Shown one piece after another: positions 11,414 through 24,589 of a stretch of 64,000 bases of DNA. The notes under the pieces were generated by a model. It saw only the letters and a program-made list of their open reading frames with translations. It was not told the origin of the DNA and made no database searches. Within the stretch, counting starts at the first letter, position 1; every line of letters starts with the position of its first letter. Source of the DNA: Ylistrum balloti (taxonomy: Eukaryota); assembly GCF_031769215.1 (NCBI RefSeq), contig NW_026781912.1, positions 806,001 through 870,000 of the forward strand, given 5' to 3'. The translations under genes and the position numbers were made by a program.

Positions 11414-12399
11414 AGTAAAAGTGAGCCTTGTGTTTTGTTACTTCGTACTGAAGATGTCAAAGATAATCAAAAGATCCGATTGAAGAATAACATCTGTTAA
11501 GTAAACTGAAATAGAAAATGAATATGCAAAAAGCAGAGGGAATCACTCGATATTTTCAATTACTTTCAGATGGATCTAAAAAAAGTCGTAAAAATGAACA
11601 GTGGCGTTATGAGGAAGACGGAGACATGGTTTTTTCAATACCAGCATCTTTTGCACTGAAACTGAATTCAGCCAAAAAGGAACTATCGCCAGGCTTCCAT
11701 TGATATCTGATTTACTCGATGTATGATACAATGAGATCACAATCAGATATCCATTTCCTCTATCCGATGGGCAATCAGCGCCCTGTGCGGCCTTCTGGGT
11801 AATCAATCACGCCATGCGTTAAGGGCCTCTTTATGTGTTGATATGACAGTCGATAATAATAAAGTTTTACAAAATTCCGAAACAGTTTTCAAACATTTTT
11901 ATTGAAACACAATTCATAGGCATTGGATTGACAGTGATTAATAATTTGGTATATAGAGTTAAATGTTTGTATAGCTACACAACTTTTCTATAAACTATTA
12001 ATATCTGTCATTTCAAAATCTCCATGTTAAACGTAGGACTGAGCATTCATGCAGTGACAGTTCACTTCATCAATAACGTCTCAGTGCAATAGGACTCATT
12101 CCTGCGGAGAAATTGAAAACAAACCAGTATCAGTTCGTACGGAGTTTTTCTTCTGCGTCTTTCTTTCAAAGGACATTAAAAATACCTAAATTGACATATT
12201 TTTTACCACTTTAACGTTTCGTATACAATTGTAGCTTCTTTTCCGTGTTTTCCCTGATACATAGTTTCATTTGTCGATATTGAAGTTTAAAGAAACTTTT
12301 TTTCAACTTATTTCTTTTCTATCTCATTTTTGGATTTTCTTTTATTGCAAATAGCAATGTTTCCGATGATCGATTCTTGCTCATATCCTCTAGATAGCA

Positions 12400-12510
12400 T
12401 GTGGTCTCCCGTATGTTGTTCAGTGATATAGCTACCAGATCCTACAAAAGGACCTGTCTCAAAATGACCCCGGCTGTTCATAAGACGATGAACGCAGCTA
12501 ACAAAAACCC
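12400..12510 (+). mobile_element. SINE 3' fragment (same family as 1570 and 49140)
   Basis: TCTCCCGTATGTTGTTCAGTGA..GCTACCAG..CTACAA..GACCCCGGCTGTTCATAAGACGAT matches the other two copies. Confidence 0.55.
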
Positions 12511-12835
12511 TTGATATCTCTAACTTTCGTTCTCAACATTGGTGATGAAATTATGTTTTCGTGATTTGCTTTGTTACCCAAAATGATCCATTCTTTTCCT
12601 CTAGAACCATTTGGGATTATTATCTGAATAAAACTCATTTTGAAAAAAGAAATCTTTTTCAATCATAAATTATTTTAATGTTGTACTGTACACATTAACA
12701 AATAACAACTCAAAACAACCGTTATAGTAATATCAGCCTTAAGATAGTACTGTACACAAGCTATTACCTCAAATCACAATATGGTAAATAATGAAAATAA
12801 CTTTATAACACAACAGAAACTAACATTATAGTAAC

Positions 12836-13111
12836 ATACCTTGATAACACAACTGAAACTAAATCAAAATTAAGTTTAACTGGAATACCTTGGTAACACA
12901 ACTGAAACTAAATCAAAATTAAGTTTAATTGGAATACCTTGATAACACAACTGAAACTAAATCAAAATTAAGTTTAACTGGAATACCTTGATAACACAAC
13001 TGAAACTAAATCAAAATTAAGTTTAACTGGAATACCTTGATAACACAACTGAAACTAAATCAAAATTAAGTTTAACTGGAATACCTTGATAACACAACTG
13101 AAACTAAATCA
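12836..13111. repeat. Minisatellite, 49-bp unit, ~5.5 copies
   Basis: Unit TACCTTGATAACACAACTGAAACTAAATCAAAATTAAGTTTAACTGGAA. Confidence 0.95.
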
Positions 13112-14335
13112 CTTTACAAAAACTCTGTCATTTCCTCTAGGGTAATCATAGACGGAATTATCAATTGTCCTCATCCTCCGTTATCTAGTATCAGAAACAA
13201 ACAAAAAATAATCAAACGTTCTGTGCTGGTCACGTGACAATCAATGACAATTGAGCGCCATATCCGTGCCAGAATTTACGATCGTTTAAACAAATGTCCC
13301 ATTTGTTCGGAGATAGCGGTTCTTTTGAAGGTATCGTAGATGTTGCTTGATTTAAACTATTGCCAGCATCTGTCGTAATGGTTCTTTAACACGCGACGTC
13401 TGGTTCTCTCCCTTTATTCAAAGACGCATTGCCATTGATCGTCATTCCAGTGACATTGACAATTTTCACATTTTGTTTAATTTCCCTGGATTCATTTAAG
13501 AAAATCAAAACAACCTAAAAATCCTTATTCGTGTCCAACAACGTTTTCGTGTCCTTCTATCCTGTAATTAGATTAGAATCCTGGATTTTTTATTTAAACA
13601 TATTCTATTGCACATAAGTAGCAGTAGGATTGAAATAGGAATAGAGTTATGGATGTTAATATCATGTGATTGTAGACATAGTCCTTAAAATATATGTTTC
13701 TCCACAAAGTAAGCCCGAAGTTAACTTATTACACTGGTTTAGTTTCAGGCTAATTTAGTCAAAAAACACTTTCATCAAAAAATGTGGAATTTCATCCATT
13801 TTCGTACAAGATATTCAATACAGATATACATGAACCTTCACGGCGGAAGTAACGCGTGCTCCGCTGATGCAAAGTACCACGTGACTGCAATTTCACATCA
13901 ATTATCCCATGGACATTCTTGATCTCAAGCATAAACTATTCTTATATCCTTAATTAATTAATCAATAATTTTGAAGATAAAACTAATCATACAATATTTG
14001 AAATTATCTACGTAAACCCAGAGAAATGAAAGTATCAGGAGAACAGTGTGTGCATTAAAATTTCCTACCATCTTGGTGTTAAATTGATAAAATCGGGTAA
14101 TTTTCGACAGCGATATCGTTATTATGTAGCCATGACAACATTCATATACGCACTTCCGGTTGAACACAATTTTTGTAGATGCGCGTAACATACATTAGGT
14201 GGGAAACATGAACTGTGACATCTGTACAACAACGTCATCGACTAATTATCATTATCAATAGTATCGTGTTAACACTATGTCCAAGGGTTAACATTTCATG
14301 TATGAACATCGGGACTCACTCGTGAGCTGTTTAAG

Positions 14336-14443
14336 TCACGTGTCCGGGAGACTTGTGATCTCGTGCATTCCCAGGGAGCCATATTCAGGGAGGGAAACAA
14401 CTGTGTCGTCATCGTCACTCGTGTGTGCGGAATGAAAATTCAC
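14336..14443 (-). CDS. Predicted terminal exon 2 of the achaete-scute-like gene (VNFHSAHTSDDDDTVVSLPEYGSLGMHEITSLPDT*)
   Basis: Minus-strand acceptor TTTTATGATCGTTTCAG|GTG, phase 0 matching the exon 1 donor. 35 open codons to TGA in a locally GC-rich island. No homology support available. Confidence 0.5.
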   Translation of the reverse strand: MNFHSAHTSDDDDTVVSLPEYGSLGMHEITSLPDT

Positions 14444-15744
14444 CTGAAACGATCATAAAATGGTTTTAATTAAAACCATTCCTCACCAATGTAAAAAAAA
14501 AAAAAAATATTTGCTGGAATATTCCATCCGGACGGCACACGGACGGCGAGGCGGACGGACGGACGGACGAAAGATTGCCCTATGTAACATTTCAAACAGG
14601 ATAACTATATCTGATCTTGCAGTCTCCGACAAATAATCGTATACTGATAACGAGCAAATTTTGACACATGGTTTCGTGAATACATGAGATAGTCAGTATT
14701 TACCTTAAAACTACTTCTGAGTTCATAACATTGTTAATACAAATTTCATAATTACATTAATTTCAATATAAAGAGCATTGCTTCTTACGAGGTAGAAATT
14801 GTTTCTTTTAATCATTTCAGTATAATCCATCTGAAGACAATTTAATCCAAGAATGACAATAATACCCTTTCACATCTACGTGACAACTTCACTGCTCGAA
14901 CAAAATGGTGGAATGTTTCGTATCACTATGAACGGGCGAGACATACAAGTACAAGATAAAGATTTTACGTTTTACTGGTTTATAGTTTTGAGTTGTCATA
15001 AAAACATGTTAGCAAACATTTCCACAAAAGATATCTGGAGGGAAAAAACTTCTACGTCTGTAATAATTAGTTGTAGAATTAAGTGAAACTATAGATTTTC
15101 ATTACAAAACTGTTTATCAATATAGAAAAAAATCTCAGACCGAAAAGCATGTGCAGTATTTCCAATACATGCCTTAAATCCCAGATCAATTAAACTATTT
15201 AATTCTTCTGGTTATTTATTTATTTAATTTATTTATTCTCCCAAATGATGTTCTTATCGTTCCTTAAAAACAACACACAAAAAACTCAATCATTTTTAAA
15301 TAACCAATTCTCAAAATTACTATTCCGCGATCACTTAAAGACAGTGACTTGTATCAAACTGCGAATTATCGCGTACAATACCAAGAAAAAGGTCCCTTAT
15401 TTAAAAAAAAAAAATTTACATACTGTAAAACTAGAATCACGATATCTATTTGATCACGTACCACTTTAAATAATTTAAATGGAATAGATTTTAAACAAAG
15501 CATATCACTTTCCTTCTAATACCGTGTAACCGCAGGAGTTCTGGTAAATAAAGTTATGCTAGCATTGTGTCGCTCCTCTCTTTACTCACAAATATATACA
15601 ATTTTATGCATACTATTTCCTTTAAGTAAAAAAATATCATTATTTGTTTCGCCATATGTAACATGTCACTGACATTACAGAACCATATTCAAAATCACTG
15701 TTGCTTGTAGGGCAATTATAACTATTACAGAACACTGTTATTAA

Positions 15745-15875
15745 AAAATCCAAGTTCTGCCGCAAACAGATACATATATTGTAAACAAAAATCCAAGTTC
15801 TGCCGCAAACTGATACCTATATTGTAAACAATAATCCAAGTTCTGTCGCAAACTTATACCTATATTGTAAACATC
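15745..15875. repeat. Short tandem repeat, ~43-bp unit x3
   Basis: AATCCAAGTTCTGCCGCAAAC..ATAC.TATATTGTAAAC three times. Confidence 0.85.
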
Positions 15876-17039
15876 AAACTGATAAACCTAATTGTTTATT
15901 CAACCAGAACAGACATTTTTCTGACGACCCATGGATTAAGTACATATATTTACGAAAGTTTCTGAAAGTCTTTACATTTTAATCAGCAAATAATTCAGTG
16001 AACTTGTACACAGAGGGGCGCCGGTAAAATACGGCTTGATATAAAATACACTTATTTCTGAGTAAACGGGACATAACTATGTAGAGTGAGTTTCATCTTC
16101 AATGTCTCCTCTATTACATGATAAACACAACCTTTGATTTCTAGGTATACCTTGGTATTTACCAGTTTCTCCCGAATTATTTGCTTGTATCCTAAACTTG
16201 GGGAAAACATATTTAAATTTGGACGTCAAAGACTTTGTTAGATAGAACTACAGTTCAAATTTACCAACAAGGTCTTTATACTTCTGTATAACATACATTG
16301 AGAAAAGTAGGTTTAAACCTATTTCTCATCTCTTGGATAAAAACATCATTTACCCTTTAAGTATATGAAGACAAAAACTTATTTTTTTCATAATTTTAGA
16401 ACGAAATGATCATTAATCAATAACAGAAGTCAATATTTAACCTAGCAATGTTCAAATTGATATGTAAAGAAAAGCGAGGTACTAACTGCCCTTTTTAACA
16501 CAAGCACATTTAAGGACAATAGATGCGTCTTCGCAAACTGACGTATAAGACGTAATCACCTAACTTTACACGTATAATTAAGTAAACAAACATTATATGT
16601 ATCGTATACTGGCATTTAGTTTCACAGTTTAGCAAAAGCAATAATATATTTACTATTGTTGTTAAAAACTAAACCAATTTAACAAAATAACTCTAATACC
16701 CAAGTTCATTTCATTGTCCGTTTGAATAAATACGTTTACTTTTACTGAATATTACACTTTTGGTTTTTGTCTAAATCTACATCTAAATTCCATTATACAG
16801 AATACGAATGCAAAAAATCGAGCATATATTAAGATCGTTTGTCTTCTGAAAACAGGACGGTATCGTCAGCATACTGCAGAGTCTACCTGTGTTACGGACG
16901 AACGATCTACCAGTGTTACGGACGAACGATCTACCAGTGTTACGGCCGAACGACAAATTGGGCGCGATATACTACAGATTTAGTATTTACACTTTATCGA
17001 AGTTGAAATATAAAATAGTATATAGAAAACAAGACTCAC

Positions 17040-17579
17040 CTGCGGCGGGTTTTTTGGCATTTCCCATTGGAATTGTTGCTTTCTTTGAACCATCACATGA
17101 TTTTCATGAACATTTCTTAACTTTGGGATAACGTTTTCCTGACCAATTGTATCTGCACTGGGAATCTTTCCCTGGAAACCACTGGGAGAATGATCATGGT
17201 CCATGATCATGTCTTGTAGCTGTTTAATGTAATCAATTGCTACCCTGAGAGTCTTCACCTTCGAAAGTCTTTTCTGTTTCGTATGTGAAGGAACATGCTT
17301 TCTAAGACGTAAAAATGCTGTATTCACAGCCTGCACGCGCCTCCTTTCACGTGCATTTCGACGCTCGACAACTTGTGGTGGTTTTTGACTATGAGGAATA
17401 TGGCGGTATACCGATTTTCCTCCGCCCGATTTCTTGCTACTTCTCTCCTTCACAGTCATTGCGGTTTGGCGTGAGATTTGAGAAGAACGAGTGTTTGATC
17501 CTGAGGTAGGATAATAGTTAGCACCTGCTTGCTGCTGATGCTGACCTATTGCAGAGAAATGGTACTGGTAACTTGTCAT
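17040..17579 (-). CDS. Achaete-scute family bHLH transcription factor, exon 1 (180 codons)
   Basis: bHLH VERRNARERRRVQAVNTAFLRLRKHVP-SHTKQKRLSKVKTLRVAIDYIKQLQ is an achaete-scute-type basic/helix signature. First ATG is 17579 (MTSYQYH); the ORF track starts at a TTG. Strong donor CAG|GTGAGT at 17040/17039. Subfamily not resolved. Confidence 0.9.
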
Positions 17580-17640
17580 CGTTCTAGGTAAATCGCAAGT
17601 AGAGAGTGTCAACGATTATCGTTCACTTCTGGAATGTCCG

Positions 17641-17646
17641 CACGCG
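17641..17646. promoter_or_regulatory. Class C (Hairy/E(spl)-type) site CACGCG upstream of the achaete-scute-like ATG
   Basis: GCACGCGA at 17640-17647, 62 bp upstream of the ATG. Confidence 0.35.
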
Positions 17647-20600
17647 ATCGGAGACAATAAGACCCTACCGGAGATTAGCTCTTGCAATATTAATGATGTA
17701 GCTCACGGAGAGCCGATACCGCAAACGGAATAATAATTTCTGATACAACAGAAATTTTCAGAACTTGAACAGATTCATTCCTTTCTTCAGTCTAAATAAG
17801 ATGCGGCGAATTAAACATGTAATGTATACAAATATTATATTTGATATTAAGAAATGATCACCTTCCTCGTAATCAGTGGAAAGGAATATGTGAAAAAGAC
17901 AACTAGCGAAATTTAAGTGTTGATTTAAAGGAACCATCGAGAAATCTTCATTAACACGTTTCGAGACGACTGTGCGTAGCCCTCCAACACAACTACGTAA
18001 CTTGACCTGACAATGTCGTAAAAGTGAACTATGACTGGCAACAATCCCCCGGTTATACACAGGAAGTAATGACGAACGATAAAGTCACTACTACAATGTA
18101 CTGTATTTCCTTGATTTTTTTCAGTCTTTGTTTTCTTTGTTTTCTTTTCTTTTTATTTGAATAATGAATTAATTGTCTAGTGAAAAATACTCTTCATTAA
18201 AACGCTTAAATTGTCGATCTTTTTCAAAATATCCTATAATTGATGTTTAAGATTCTAATGTTAATTTTCGATATGAAATGAAAACATGCACGTTTTAATT
18301 TTGTTCAATCTTTCATTTATTTCAGTTGATTCATATCTTATTGTGACGAACGTTTCAATAAAAAGTGAATAGAGACAATTGTTTCGTACACTTTACACAG
18401 AACACCTCAATGGACGTACTCTTCACTGGTCGTAGGGCTGGTCATTGAGACGGTGTAGTCATCGAAACATCACACACTAATTTTTAATCGGTTCTGATAT
18501 AAGAACATCTGTTCATAATATCGAAAAAAGAAAATGTTTCATCCTGTAAAATATTGTCAGATCGTGTAAAATGAAAACAGAACTAGTAACGAGTTGTGTC
18601 GATTCAACAGGGTTGGTCCGCCGCCAGTTTTGCCTGCATATTTCTATTATCTTTATTATTATTATTTATTTATTTATTTATTTAGTAATTTTTATTAATT
18701 TATTTCATATTTCATTCTCATTGCATTTAGAGAATGCTCTTGAATGATGGTTTTACCGTTTTTGCGAGATTTTTTTATCAAAATTCTTAGTCAAATGACA
18801 ACCCTAACATAAATCTGGACAGAAGTAAGTGACCAAATCAAAACTGTATCGGTTTATAATTATGATACACCTACAAAGGAGAGTAAATGAGCGGAAAGGT
18901 ACATTGTGATGTAATGACGGTCAAAGATATGTCCCTGACCATGACATGACGGGGGTATAAAAAGAAATTGTTTAAAAATTTCTCCAACAACTCACCTCCA
19001 GGTGGCAGTATTGACTGTTGACATCTGAAAACCCACCAGTGATGCCATTTAAATCTTCATTCAATGATCAAATTACACATTGCATATACGACAAGGCTGA
19101 GGGTAATACTTAATGGTCAGTTAACACATGTTATAAACTGGTAAAGAGTTTCTAAATATAGAATTACTCAAATCAGAAACAATTCTTGTATATAATTATT
19201 ATACCAATCTACATTGTCAAAAAAAGAAAGAAAACTTGGAAAATCGACTGTCCACGCCAGCGCATTGACCTGACCTGAGTTGCCAGCTAACCAGTTGCAC
19301 GTGCACCTCTTGTCAATACAGGTGTGCCATTTATTGGGCTATTCATTTGAGAAGTCAACCGCGCGAAATATGATACTTGCTGGGTGTATATCATCTTTCA
19401 GTATGACACAGAATACATCGAGTGATAAATGATACTGGGTCATATACAGCTGCTTACGCTTCGTTCTTCTTGGAATTGTCATTGGTATGTTGGGTCTACA
19501 GTTAGAAAAATTAAAGTCTGCATAAACACATATTGAAACATAATTAAGGATGTCAACTTACCACATAACTTTAAATAATTATAAAGAGTACCAAGTTAAC
19601 AGAAATTTGTAGATGTTACGGCAAATACCTCGGCGAAGCATAGCTTAACCACCAAACGCAGTTGATTCATTTTCTGAATCGAGTCTTAGAAATTTTCTGA
19701 TTTGCGAGCCATTGAGAGCGAAAATGCAAACTTTGAGACGTACAATCTCATATTTAACATAGCTTTTATCATATGACACAGAGGTGAAAAAGTGACAAAA
19801 TTTAACAGAGGCAGCGATTTTCAATAGTTAAACAGTATACCAAGATGATGATATGGACCTCGTGAGTTATTGAATCATTAAATCAAACTGCCTTGTAAGT
19901 AAACAGTCTCCCAAACATTACTTTTTTTATTCTCTAGTACTGACACTTATTTTTTCCAATTTCACAATAATTTTGAAAGCAATGAAGAGCACTGTAAACG
20001 TGGAAGTGATTCCGACATCAACACAGTTGTAACCTGCATTGTTAGTAACACGTCATTTCATATACATATATGTATATATATATAGATTATATTCAAATAT
20101 ACCTTATTTTGTTGAAGATACTGATTTCTATCGTTTAGAAATAAGATAGCAAAAATGGAAACAAAGTCTCATCCAGCTTTAAGCCAACATTGCTTGTCAA
20201 AAAGTCCGATTTCCTGTACAGAAGCAGGATTTTATATGTTCATATAGAAAATGTAGCACTTTGAAATAAAAGAGTGTTTTCTCCGCCATAATCCGGGGCC
20301 CCACACCGTATCAAAGGGTCCTTTTCCTGTACTGAACAATAAAACATCTAGTTTTTTTTAAGAAAATGAGGTAAGAATAAGTAACCTAAAAAGTCCGTAG
20401 TAGAATACCCCTTTCTAAAGCCAGATGTCAGTCAGCCTTTTGTTAACGCATAGCCTGTAGTTATCCTGGTATTAGCAAGATCTATCACTTTTGTTTTTCT
20501 AAATAGGATCAATAATTCCAATTTTCTAATCTGTCGGTACTAAACGTGTGTACAATATTTAAAACTTTCGAATACACTGAGAATTTGTTTGTAGTTTTAT

Positions 20601-23224
20601 TTAAACATATTTACTGTTATATTGGAATGTCGGAAGGATCAGTAATTGTTTGTAATGTATATTTAATATGTTGATAAACAATTCTATTTATACCACAAGT
20701 TCATAAACAATTCTATTTATACCACAAGTTTATTATTTTTTATTCAAAGCTCCTTATATTTCATCATTGATGACTATTTCAGTCAATATTTGATAACATA
20801 CATTGCTCTGTAGAAGATCAACGCTAACCTCGTCTTCCTTCTCCATATCATCACCGTGTTTTACAACAATGGCAGAAACCTTGTACAATTAGACGAGCTT
20901 TTAGTTTCTTTCTCTTTACCTAACAAATTATCTTAATATTCGAAAGATGTTTTGATGATGTTTTAAATAAGTAGAATTTCTTGAATTTTTATGTTTAAAC
21001 ATAACTTATTTTCAAATCCGATGTCTAAAGGTTTGGTCAGTTTTACAAATTTATAGTGACCTCTCTTAAAATAAAATAAATATTTTTCTTGAACTTTTCA
21101 CACTGTTAAATATACCATGATTAAGTACATATGTAAATATGTTAACCTGAAATGCTCCAGATGCGGACGTCGCAATATTATTGGGTTTTTTTTCTGTTTT
21201 TAACATCTATTTCAGTTCGAGAAATTTTGCCATTTGGTTTATCATCGATTCGATCACATGTCTTATTGAATAGATCCATATTCTCATGTTGCTCATTTGT
21301 AGTAGACTCGACAAAATCAGATGATTAGTATTTTATGCAGCACTCACTCCCACTGTTTGTGTTAGGGAAGTGCTTGACCTGTCGTACGTTATATCGATGA
21401 CACCTGACGTCAACAAACGGTTTTGATGACGCATTTTAAGCTTCTGTACAATTTACACTGTCTGGTGTTGTTCGCAACTTTTTACGTTTTGTCATCCCTG
21501 GAAAGATTATCAACCACTTCAACATTTGTAAATACAGACGTCGTATTCTGAACATTTAACAAAAGATGATTAGAAACAAGTATTACTCAGTAAGGAATAT
21601 ATATTTGGATAGTGCTGTACGTTTGGTTAAATCCATTAAAATGCTGCTCAAGATTTAGTCAACTATGAATTTTAAATCTGTCAGGCATTGTAAATATCTC
21701 ACTCCTAATCAGTGTTTGCATAATTATGTGTAATTTAAAAAGGAAAAGAAAAAACTGCCCCTTGGATAGATTTACTATTACAATAAAAATGTAAATTATA
21801 TATTCACAACAATCTAGTTTTTGAAATTTTCCATTTTGAACGACTGTTAGTTTTTCTATTAAATCTTTAAATATGATATTTCAGGTGAATATTCTTTTTG
21901 AAATATACACTTTTTCTACTTCAAAATTATGAAATATATTTATACATATTAATTGTATATATAATTTATAAATACTAAACATCTACCAAATTCCCGCAGC
22001 AGGTGAGTTATTTGAGTATTTTAGATATATGTCTTTACACATTGTCAGCACCTGCAACGAAATGACAACACATAAAGAACGTACAACCAAAGCTGAGAAA
22101 CCTCGGAAATTTACAGCCGAGTGGGTGAGTAAGGTCACAATTGATTTCGGATTTGACAACTAACAACTAATAGGCACATTAAACATCACTGGTAGAATTC
22201 CTACGGAAACGCGGAGATCGTTTTATGAAATATTAATGAGGTTGCGGGAGACGTTCCCCACTGATAATGTCACAACAGAAGACTACAGATGCAGATGGAT
22301 CTAATTCATTTTTATTTCTTTTTCTAATTGCTCATTCGTGTTAGAGTAAACAAAATGGTTTTTACTGTCCGACTGTCTGTCACGTTTAACCATAGTGTAA
22401 TTTCAACTGATGAAGACAATTATACATAATTTGCATACGATCGAGATAACGAAACTACACAAAATGAAATGTTTGTTCTGAGTGTTTTCTCTACGTTTCT
22501 ATTACGATGGAAATAACAATGTGTTACAATAGTATGTGATGGCATTTGGCGAACTGTTAATTCAAAATTGAATTTTATGTACATGAATTTGGGTTTGTTG
22601 TTTGATTAAAACTAATTATTAAGAGTAACATTAATTTCTATGTTTTTCATTAATTACAAAACTCTTTACAAAGAATTGTATAAACGTTTTTACAGAAATG
22701 ATAAGATTTTTTATTTTGATAAAATACCTTGTAAATTTTCATGGCGGGTTTTGTACTCGACAATTATTATATCAGTGTTATGTTTTTGTTGGTGTGAGAT
22801 GTTTTTAAGAACAACAATAGCAGCAGCAACAAGAACAACAACAACAAATTCAGAATCAAGTACAGCACATTGTGATTTCAGTAATATTACAGTCTGATCG
22901 AATTTTCTTTTATATATATTTATTATATAAGTTACCATGCAACTACAGTCAATTTTCCGTCAGACGGCCACAATGTTTATTAGTATGTCAGTGTAGATTT
23001 TCTTTTAATTCTTAAATAATTAATGGACATATTGATCCTGAAGTATGTTGTACTTTTGATAATTATAGAAAATCTTTGGCTATTCTTTGATATCAAGTTT
23101 ACATGAAATATCATTCAGGTAAAACGATTACAGAAATCGCTAAAATTTATCTACAAAATTGAGAGTGCGAAAACAAGCAGGCCATTTTCCAACTGAAGTG
23201 AATTATATAAATGTGATAACCTAA

Positions 23225-24090
23225 CTACAGTAGCTTTCATGAGTAAAAGGCCTAAAGAGCCTTAGCGGTCACTTTAGTTCTATAACAACTGTGTGTTTGT
23301 AGTTGTGAAAAGTCATGATTGAAATTATTTCGTTAACAAAGTAAGATAGCTTCCGATACACAGACGTGTAATGCAAAATATAAAATTTCATTTACTTCCA
23401 ATGCAACCAAAATAAATAATGTTCAAAAGAACCATTCTCCAATATAAACTTGAGTAAATTTTGGAGAAGAGTGTTTGATTCTACCTTATCTAGGTTATAA
23501 GAAGAAGATTTTAGGAATCAATATGAACCATATGTGCATAAATCAAATTGTTATATCATACTTAAAGTGCTGAACAGTTATATAAAATGAATCAAATAGT
23601 ATTCACGCATATCATTTTCTGTATACACTGTAGTAAACGTAATCCCTCTGCCAAGGCAAATGTGAGGAGACCCTACGGACATTTTCTGTATACACTGTAG
23701 TAAACGTTATCCCTCTGCCAAGGCAAATGTGAGGAGACCCTACGGACATGAAATTCATATTTTTCCTCAAAGTTTCTTCAGATTTGTCCATTTATGAAGA
23801 GAATATTTCAATCTACCATATCTATGTCTTGAGAAGATTTTTTAAAATTGTACCAGTTTGACCCCTTCTTGTAACTTCTATAAGCCCCTCTGCTCAATCT
23901 GGACCAACTTGTGAATATCTGTACACTGGACCAACATGTGAATATCTGTACACACTGTCACACAATATATTTCCAATAGAAATTAAACTAATTACACATT
24001 ATGGAAAAAAAACATTCTAACATTCATTCTTTGTGCTATGTCGATCTTGTGTTTCTCTGAATTATATAACTTACAATGAGTAATTTATAT
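23225..24090. mobile_element. Degenerate non-autonomous repeat (Helentron/HINE-like); contains a 65-bp and a 28-bp direct duplication
   Basis: Starts AGTAAAAGGCCTAAAGAGCCTTAGCGGTCAC, resembling bivalve HINE termini. GAGAAGATTTTTTAAA/TGACCCC motifs shared with the 26.4 kb element. Duplication at ~23613-23750. Confidence 0.35.
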
Positions 24091-24589
24091 AATATATATG
24101 AGATATTTTATGAGATAAGTTGACTTGCCCTGAATTTTGTTCAAAAACGTCATGTCTAACTTCAGTCTACACAATCGAATGGTGTTGCGCGTGCGACAGT
24201 ACCAAGCAGACAGAATTGACAGGAAAGCACAGAGCCATAGAGATACAAATGCTGTAAACTTTCACGATGAATTTGTTTATGTTTTTTTGGTTTTCAATGG
24301 TACATGTAGTAGTACTAGTTTGACTTGTTGACGCTCCACTCATTATAATTATTCATCTTTCAGCATCCTCTCAAAAGAAGCACAACTGAAGTATGACAAT
24401 GTTGGTAGAACCTTACCCAGTAGTTGTAAAAAACATAAAAAAAATATTGACCTGTAAGATCTAGTAATATTTTAGTGTTCTATCATATATTGTTAAAGTC
24501 ATAATTTTGCTACTTGTGTGTTGTCATGAATTTGGAAATATGTTGTTTTCTCTTTTAGTACTACTCTTGCTATATTTTTTTTTTTTTTC

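Noticed and set aside
16980-17039. C-terminal VSLVFYILFYISTSIKCKY of the 210-aa ORF, and its TTG start at 17612
   Set aside because: It follows a consensus donor and looks intronic; the first ATG is 17579.
18440-18470. Second hammerhead-like motif (shares GTGTAGTCATCGAA with 56061-56074 minus)
   Set aside because: No CUGANGA box or stem II; may be chance.
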